From the IMG/VR virus record IMGVR_UViG_3300035492_000045, positions 1 through 31,706 of that record: a DNA stretch of 31,706 bases. The stretch is one strand, 5' to 3'. The notes under the pieces were generated by a model. It saw only the letters and a program-made list of their open reading frames with translations. It was not told where the DNA came from and did no database searches. Origin of the DNA: a virus. Taxonomy: Duplodnaviria; Caudoviricetes. The position numbers and the translations under genes are program-made. Each line of letters opens with the position of its first letter. Position 1 is the first letter of the stretch. Positions 25,960 through 31,706 of the stretch are shown here, piece after piece.

Positions 25960-25975
25960 CTCATAAGGAAAATCA

Positions 25976-28900
25976 ATGCAAATCGGTGATATTCTAAACA
26001 AAACTACCACTCCAGTTGAAGTTGTTGGCTTTTTTGAGCAAGGATTCGTTTTTACCGGTGAAGATCAAGTAGGTATTGACAATGCGGGTTCGGCTTGGGG
26101 TTGGAATGGTACTTTTCCTTACACGGTACAACCAAACACGGATCCCGAGTCTAGTGAAAACTTTATCTTCGTTGCAATAGATGAGTTCAAAGACGATCTA
26201 TCAGTTGAAGATAGCAGTATCCTAATTGCAGGTGTTCTTGCAAGAGACCTAGTTCAAAGATTAAAGGATATCGAGGCAGGTGGCGGGCCAATTGGCGATA
26301 TCAATCAAGAGCTAGAAGAGCTTAGGGACATACTCGAACAGGTCAATTTAGATTTAGCGAATAACACCATTGTCCTGGGCCAACTGAACGATGATTTGGA
26401 TGTTCTCAATAACCAAACCTTACCTCAAGTTCAACTTGATTTGGCCGAAAACAGACAGATTATAGATCAGCTAAATGACGATCTTGCTTATCTTAACAAC
26501 ACGACTTTAGTTCAGGTCAATAACCAATTACTTCAGTTGAATACCGATATTCAAAATATCACTGATGTCGCTTCCGACTTAGACCAAGAGCTACAAGATT
26601 TAGTCGTCTCTACGGGTAACGCAATAGATGGTTTAAGAAATGATACTGAAGATGCTATACAACAACTCAGTGACAATACTACTACTTCTATTGGAACAAT
26701 TAACACAAGCCTAACCAATTTAGATAATAAGATAGAAGGTTATAAAACCGATTTTGATAATGAAGTCATAGTCATTAGAGGCGAAATTGATGACCGTTTA
26801 AGCGAAACTGAAACAGAACTTAACCGTGTACGAGACTCATTAAAACTCGAAATTAATACTGAGATGCTAAATCGAAAAGAAAGTGACAAACTTCTTTTTG
26901 AAACTACTGCACTTGCTGTTCAACTACGTCAGAATCAATCCAACATCACTAATGCTTTATTTGAAGTTGATCCGGCAACAGGTACTATTCGTAACCTTGC
27001 TTACGCTTATACAGACAGTCAATTCACTCAGGCTGGATTATTAATTGATGGTGTTAATGCTGAAATTCAATTACAGGCTCAACGAGTCACATCAACAGAA
27101 GATAGAATCACCAATGCAGAATCTGAGTTACTATTACAAGCTGGTCAGATTGGTTTACGTGCTACGTATACAGAAGTAAATCAGGCGATAGCTGGTGCCA
27201 TTGATGCGGTACTACCTGCTTACTCTTTTGGTTTCTTTAACTCAAATGAAGGTTGGACTGCCGTTAATGGAACACTTACTCCAGCAACCTCTAAGATTAA
27301 TTTAACTTGGGGTGATATTGAAAACCAAAGTCTATCTTATGTCGCAGACGAAAACCCAATTATCTCAATCTCTATTGAGCGCACTGGTGGTACTGGCTGG
27401 GTCGGTGATTTAATTGTTACATTTGATGATAACTCAACTCAAACTTACACTGGAGTTATACAAGACATAGCCTCTGGAACTACATTTGTACGAGTACTAA
27501 ACCTAGATGGCGAATCTACTTACACAGGCAACGTAACAGGTATCCGCTTGGTTTTAGGTACGTCAGTAGCTGACACATTTACAATCAACTCAATCACTAT
27601 CGGTAAGCCATCTGCTGCTCTTACAGAGTTAGAAGGTATTACTGCACAGATTAACCAAGTTGGTATTGATTTAAACGCATTAGAAGCCAGTTTAACAAGT
27701 TATGTTACTGTAGATACTTATACAGCAGAAGCTGTCACTCGTAGCAATGTAGAAACAGTTTTAGATGGTATTGATAGTTATGCTGCTATTACAGCTACAC
27801 TGCAAGAGTTCGATACAAACGATACCTTAACTAAAGCAAACTACGCTGCCCAATGGGTAGATGCTGCCACTGCAAATATCCGTTCAGAAGTCCAAGCGTA
27901 CAAAACCGAAGAAATTGATCCAGAATTAAATACGATTAGAGGTGACTTAACTACTGCATCTTCTTTAATTGATGCGGCTAATGGTAAAATTTCTGACCAG
28001 TTAATTTCAATTTCAGGTATTCAATCTGACTCTAAAGACTTATCAAAAATTGCATTACAGGCAGAATACCAGTTATATCTGTCAAAGAAAAATCAAATCG
28101 AACAAGGTGTAGCTATTGCTATTGCTAAAAACGAGTTGAACACAATTTCTAATGAGCAGTTAGCTTTAGCAGAAGAAATCCTTTTACTAGAAGCCAAGTT
28201 TGGTACAGATGTAGGACAGGTCAATGCAACTTTGTTTGAGCTGAATCAAACTATTGCTAATGAAACCGAGGCTCGTGTTCAAGCGTTACAATCATTAGAG
28301 ACCGATTTCAATCAAGCTATTACCGCTTCCGCAACATCAATTCTTGATGTTGTTAGTAATACAGAACAATCTTTATCACAACAGATATTAAATTTACAAA
28401 CTGAGTTTGATGGTGAGATCACTGCTACGGTCAATCAGTTATTACAAGCCATAAGCGATGAAGAACAGGCACGAATTACACAATACAATGAATTACAAAC
28501 ATCATTTGGCGATGAAATTAATGCTGTCAGAACAGATCTAACTCAACTTGTTTCCGATGAGTCATCTGCTAGAGCTTCTGTTATATCAAATTTAGAAACA
28601 AGTATCGGCAATACATACGCCACCAAAACTGAGGTAACTAATGCTATATCATCGGAAGAACAATCTCGTATTGATGCATTAGAAACATTAGAAACAAGTT
28701 TCAATAACACTGTTAACGCTACACGAACAGAGTTGACTGAACTTGTATCAGATGAGTCAAGTGCAAGGGCATCAGAAATTTCTGCACTATCAACGTCAAT
28801 TGGTAATACTTACGCTACGAAAACAGAAGTAACAAATGCTATATCATCAGAAGAACAAGCTCGTATAGATGCTATTGAAAATTTAACCACCAATCTAGAA

Positions 28901-31706
28901 GATAACTACGCCACATTAAACGAATTGAATACCGTTTCTAGCGATATCGAAGGAACGAAAGTTTTAGCACAAACGTCAGCTATATCAATTTCGAGTATAA
29001 AGAAAGCAACAGAAAACACAGGACTTGAGCAACTACTTGAAAGTTACCGTACCTACCTAACAGAAAAAAATCAACTTGAATTAGGTGTTTCGATTGCTAG
29101 AGCAGAAACAAATTTATCTACCCTTACAAACGAACAATTAGCACTTGCACAAGAGGTGACTGTACTAGAAGCAAAACTTGGTACTGCTGAAGGTACATTC
29201 ACAGCGGAAGTGTCAAGATTAGATAGAGCAATTACAGATCCTGATGGAGCAGTAGCATCCTCTATTTTAGAAGCTACTACGGTATTAGAGGGGGATACAA
29301 GAGTTCCTGTAGCAACTATTGCCATTGATGCAAAAAGCACAGCAAATGATGTGCAGGAAGCCTTAGCAACATTTTCTACTGAGATTGCAGGCGAAGGTGG
29401 AAGTCTTAGTCAAGCCAGCGTGATATTAAGCACAGCGGTAGATGAATTAGGCGAAGTTGGTAGTAGGGCCTTTTTAGGGACTTCTGTATTACAACCAGGT
29501 CAAACCAAATATACCATTACTGGTTTGACAGTTGATAGTGTTGAACGTGGAATTAGATTCCAAGGTGATTTGTTTGAATTAGTTAATGGTGCTGGTTTAA
29601 GAAGATTATACTGGCAAACTGATACTAATGAATGGCAAATTGATGGTAATGTTTTAGTTTCAGGATCGGTGAGAGGTAATGCTTTAGTTGCTAATACAAT
29701 CACAGGTGATAAAATAGCTGCTAATACTATTAATGCAGATAAAATAGTGGCTAATAGTATAGGCGTAGACCAATTAGCTGCTAACTCTGTAAATGCGTCT
29801 AAGATTGTTGCTGAGTCTATTACTGGCGATAAAATTGCTGCAAATTCAATAAGTGCTGATAAAATTATTGCAAACTCCATTGGCGCAGATAAATTAGCAG
29901 CTAATTCAGTTAATGCAGACAAAATCGTATCTAATGCAGTTACTGCTGATAAAATAGCAGCAAATGCTGTATCCGCAGATAAAATTTTAGCGAATGCAAT
30001 TACAGCAGATAAGATAGATGCTAATGCGTTAAATGGTAAAACTATTACAGGTTCTTTAATTAGAACTGCTGCATCAGGAACAAGGGTTGAAATTGGAAAT
30101 GCTACTTTACCTATTTGGTATGGTTCAGGTGCAGTAACCACGGCAAATGGTTTATTCTATGTTGATAATAACGGTAATGTAATTGCCAAAAATACATTTA
30201 AAGTGAATGTAGATGGAAATGATCTGTTTTACTATGATGAAGTAAATAACACCTTAACAATTAAAGCGAAATTAATTTTAAATGATAATTTTGCAGTTGA
30301 TGGTGAATCTGACATTCGTGCATTAGACGGCAAAACCACAGAAGTTAGATACTCTGCAAGTTCAACTACACCTACCGGAACTAACCCGTCTGGTTGGACT
30401 ATAGCACCACCAAGCACAACGAATCCTATTTACGCTTCTAGAGTAACCAGATTAAGTAATGGTGCAATCGAAGGGGCTTGGTCTGCTCCTGTAAGATGGA
30501 ATGGGGTTGCGGGTAATAATGGTTTAAATAACACTACTGTCTACTTATACAGACGTAGCGCATCAGTACCAGCTCTACCAACTACAACAAGTACATACAC
30601 ATTCTCAACTGGTGTATTGACAGGGTTTAATAACTCTTGGTCAACTTCTGTTCCATCTGGTACAGACCCGCTATATGTAACTGTAGCTACAGCAAGCTCA
30701 AGTACAAATACCGATACTATTGAGGCAAACGAGTGGTCTAGTCCTGTTATTCTTTCACAAAATGGGGCAGCAGGTGCGGCTGGTTTAAATAGTGCTACAG
30801 TGTTTTTATATCGCAGGAGTGCATCAGTACCGGCATTACCGAGTGCGACAATAACGTATACTTTTGCAACTGGTGTAGCAACTGGGATTAACAATAGTTG
30901 GTCACAAACCATCCCGACAGGTACTGACCCTATTTATATTACCACCGCAACTGCTGCTTCTACTTCTGCCACAGATACTATTACGGCAGGGGAATGGGCG
31001 ACAGCTAGATTGTTAGCTAAAGATGGTGCAGACGGAGCTAACGCATCCACACTAAATGTAGCATTGACATCTCAATCTATTGTGTATCGAAAAGATAATA
31101 CAAGAAGTACGAGTGCAATTACTGTAAACACCGTTGGAACTAATTTACCCGCAGGAGGTGTATATGAATATGAGTTACAAGCATGGAGAGCAAATAACAC
31201 TTATTCACTAAACCGTGTAACAAGTGATGGGTCTCAGACTAACGAAAGATGGACAGTAAATGGTTCTAGTGCGACACTCGATGTAAGTAGTAGTTATTCT
31301 GTTTTTAATCCAAATAACGAATTTATTAATTACAGAATCAGAGTCAGATACTTAGTTGGTGGAAGTCCAGTAGTAGAAGATACAGTTTCTATTGCTAAAA
31401 TTTATGACGGTAGTGAGGCTATTACTGTTGTACTGAGCAATGAGGCACATACGCTACCAGCTAATAACTCAGGTGCTGTGTCTAGTATGGTTGGTTCTGG
31501 TACAACAATTAAAGTTTATCAAGGGGCTAACTTGCTAACGTTTAGGGGTACTGGTTCAAGTGGTAGTGTTTACCCGACACAAAACTCAAGCTATCAAATA
31601 AACCGCACATATAGTACCAATATGCGCAATGCTGGTACTATGTCAGGTGATGGAACAACTACTGCCACACAGCCTGATTACGGTGATGTTGTAGGTGATG
31701 GTAGTG
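25976..31706 (+). CDS. Very large tail fibre/receptor-binding protein, partial (>1,910 aa; not in ORF track)
   Basis: AAGGA RBS, ATG CAA ATC GGT...; frame stays open to the window end; tailspike-anchor-like N-terminus (GFFEQGFVF...WGWNGTFPYTVQPNTDP), long coiled coils, ANxIxADKI repeats, Thr/Ser-rich beta modules with short Gly-X-Y linkers. Confidence 0.88.
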   Translation, partial: MQIGDILNKTTTPVEVVGFFEQGFVFTGEDQVGIDNAGSAWGWNGTFPYTVQPNTDPESSENFIFVAIDEFKDDLSVEDSSILIAGVLARDLVQRLKDIEAGGGPIGDINQELEELRDILEQVNLDLANNTIVLGQLNDDLDVLNNQTLPQVQLDLAENRQIIDQLNDDLAYLNNTTLVQVNNQLLQLNTDIQNITDVASDLDQELQDLVVSTGNAIDGLRNDTEDAIQQLSDNTTTSIGTINTSLTNLDNKIEGYKTDFDNEVIVIRGEIDDRLSETETELNRVRDSLKLEINTEMLNRKESDKLLFETTALAVQLRQNQSNITNALFEVDPATGTIRNLAYAYTDSQFTQAGLLIDGVNAEIQLQAQRVTSTEDRITNAESELLLQAGQIGLRATYTEVNQAIAGAIDAVLPAYSFGFFNSNEGWTAVNGTLTPATSKINLTWGDIENQSLSYVADENPIISISIERTGGTGWVGDLIVTFDDNSTQTYTGVIQDIASGTTFVRVLNLDGESTYTGNVTGIRLVLGTSVADTFTINSITIGKPSAALTELEGITAQINQVGIDLNALEASLTSYVTVDTYTAEAVTRSNVETVLDGIDSYAAITATLQEFDTNDTLTKANYAAQWVDAATANIRSEVQAYKTEEIDPELNTIRGDLTTASSLIDAANGKISDQLISISGIQSDSKDLSKIALQAEYQLYLSKKNQIEQGVAIAIAKNELNTISNEQLALAEEILLLEAKFGTDVGQVNATLFELNQTIANETEARVQALQSLETDFNQAITASATSILDVVSNTEQSLSQQILNLQTEFDGEITATVNQLLQAISDEEQARITQYNELQTSFGDEINAVRTDLTQLVSDESSARASVISNLETSIGNTYATKTEVTNAISSEEQSRIDALETLETSFNNTVNATRTELTELVSDESSARASEISALSTSIGNTYATKTEVTNAISSEEQARIDAIENLTTNLEDNYATLNELNTVSSDIEGTKVLAQTSAISISSIKKATENTGLEQLLESYRTYLTEKNQLELGVSIARAETNLSTLTNEQLALAQEVTVLEAKLGTAEGTFTAEVSRLDRAITDPDGAVASSILEATTVLEGDTRVPVATIAIDAKSTANDVQEALATFSTEIAGEGGSLSQASVILSTAVDELGEVGSRAFLGTSVLQPGQTKYTITGLTVDSVERGIRFQGDLFELVNGAGLRRLYWQTDTNEWQIDGNVLVSGSVRGNALVANTITGDKIAANTINADKIVANSIGVDQLAANSVNASKIVAESITGDKIAANSISADKIIANSIGADKLAANSVNADKIVSNAVTADKIAANAVSADKILANAITADKIDANALNGKTITGSLIRTAASGTRVEIGNATLPIWYGSGAVTTANGLFYVDNNGNVIAKNTFKVNVDGNDLFYYDEVNNTLTIKAKLILNDNFAVDGESDIRALDGKTTEVRYSASSTTPTGTNPSGWTIAPPSTTNPIYASRVTRLSNGAIEGAWSAPVRWNGVAGNNGLNNTTVYLYRRSASVPALPTTTSTYTFSTGVLTGFNNSWSTSVPSGTDPLYVTVATASSSTNTDTIEANEWSSPVILSQNGAAGAAGLNSATVFLYRRSASVPALPSATITYTFATGVATGINNSWSQTIPTGTDPIYITTATAASTSATDTITAGEWATARLLAKDGADGANASTLNVALTSQSIVYRKDNTRSTSAITVNTVGTNLPAGGVYEYELQAWRANNTYSLNRVTSDGSQTNERWTVNGSSATLDVSSSYSVFNPNNEFINYRIRVRYLVGGSPVVEDTVSIAKIYDGSEAITVVLSNEAHTLPANNSGAVSSMVGSGTTIKVYQGANLLTFRGTGSSGSVYPTQNSSYQINRTYSTNMRNAGTMSGDGTTTATQPDYGDVVGDGS
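28530..28885 (+). repeat. Two 65-aa (195-nt period) coding repeats
   Basis: LVSDESSARAS...TSIGNTYATKTEVTNAISSEEQ.RIDA twice (GATGAGTC at 28556 and 28751). Confidence 0.85.
29690..30019 (+). repeat. Eleven tandem 10-aa (30-nt) coding repeats, consensus ANSITADKIA
   Basis: GCTAAT...GATAAAAT recurring every 30 nt. Confidence 0.92.
30521..31040 (+). repeat. Two 87-aa (261-nt period) coding repeats
   Basis: GLN..TV.LYRRSASVPALP....TYTF.TGV.TG.NNSWS...P.GTDP.Y...EW starting at 30521 and 30782. Confidence 0.9.

Noticed and set aside
29690-30019. 30-nt periodic array as a CRISPR or non-coding repeat
   Set aside because: No spacers; variation is codon-like and in frame with the tail gene
29071-30912. 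Minus-strand ORFs 29071-29340, 29500-30141, 30232-30417, 30541-30912
   Set aside because: Antisense shadows of the repetitive plus-strand tail gene
30521-31040. Repeat pair as DGR template/variable regions
   Set aside because: Differences are not adenine-specific, both copies are in frame within one gene, and no reverse transcriptase is in the window
1-31706. tRNA or rRNA genes
   Set aside because: Intergenic gaps are short and none shows a cloverleaf or T-loop signature by eye

Overview
A 31.7 kb segment of a T4-related myovirus genome, distant from T4 itself; phoH and the gene set suggest a Gram-negative, possibly aquatic host (inference). Bases 1-25,889 are a dense minus-strand block: class Ia ribonucleotide reductase (nrdB, split nrdA, glutaredoxin), i/o-spanins, two candidate capsid-targeted internal proteins, rIIA/rIIB, macrodomain, RNA ligase, a Prs-like + Nampt-like pair, gp32/gp59/gp33, an SLT-domain protein, exonuclease, phoH and DNA ligase. 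From 25,976 a >1,900-codon plus-strand tail fibre gene, missing from the ORF track, runs off the window. Main finding: nrdA is fractured into two genes carrying the N- and C-halves of a naturally split intein (MPTE|C...TANH...stop / M...SHN|SSS), with a free-standing HNH endonuclease between them. Both endonuclease genes in the window have a TATAAATA late promoter inside an RBS-sequestering hairpin. The Prs/Nampt pair matches the NARP1 anti-defence pathway and is bracketed by two homologous terminator/promoter cassettes with covarying stems. A structured ~110-nt element lies upstream of phoH. All calls come from reading motifs by eye; no database searches were run.
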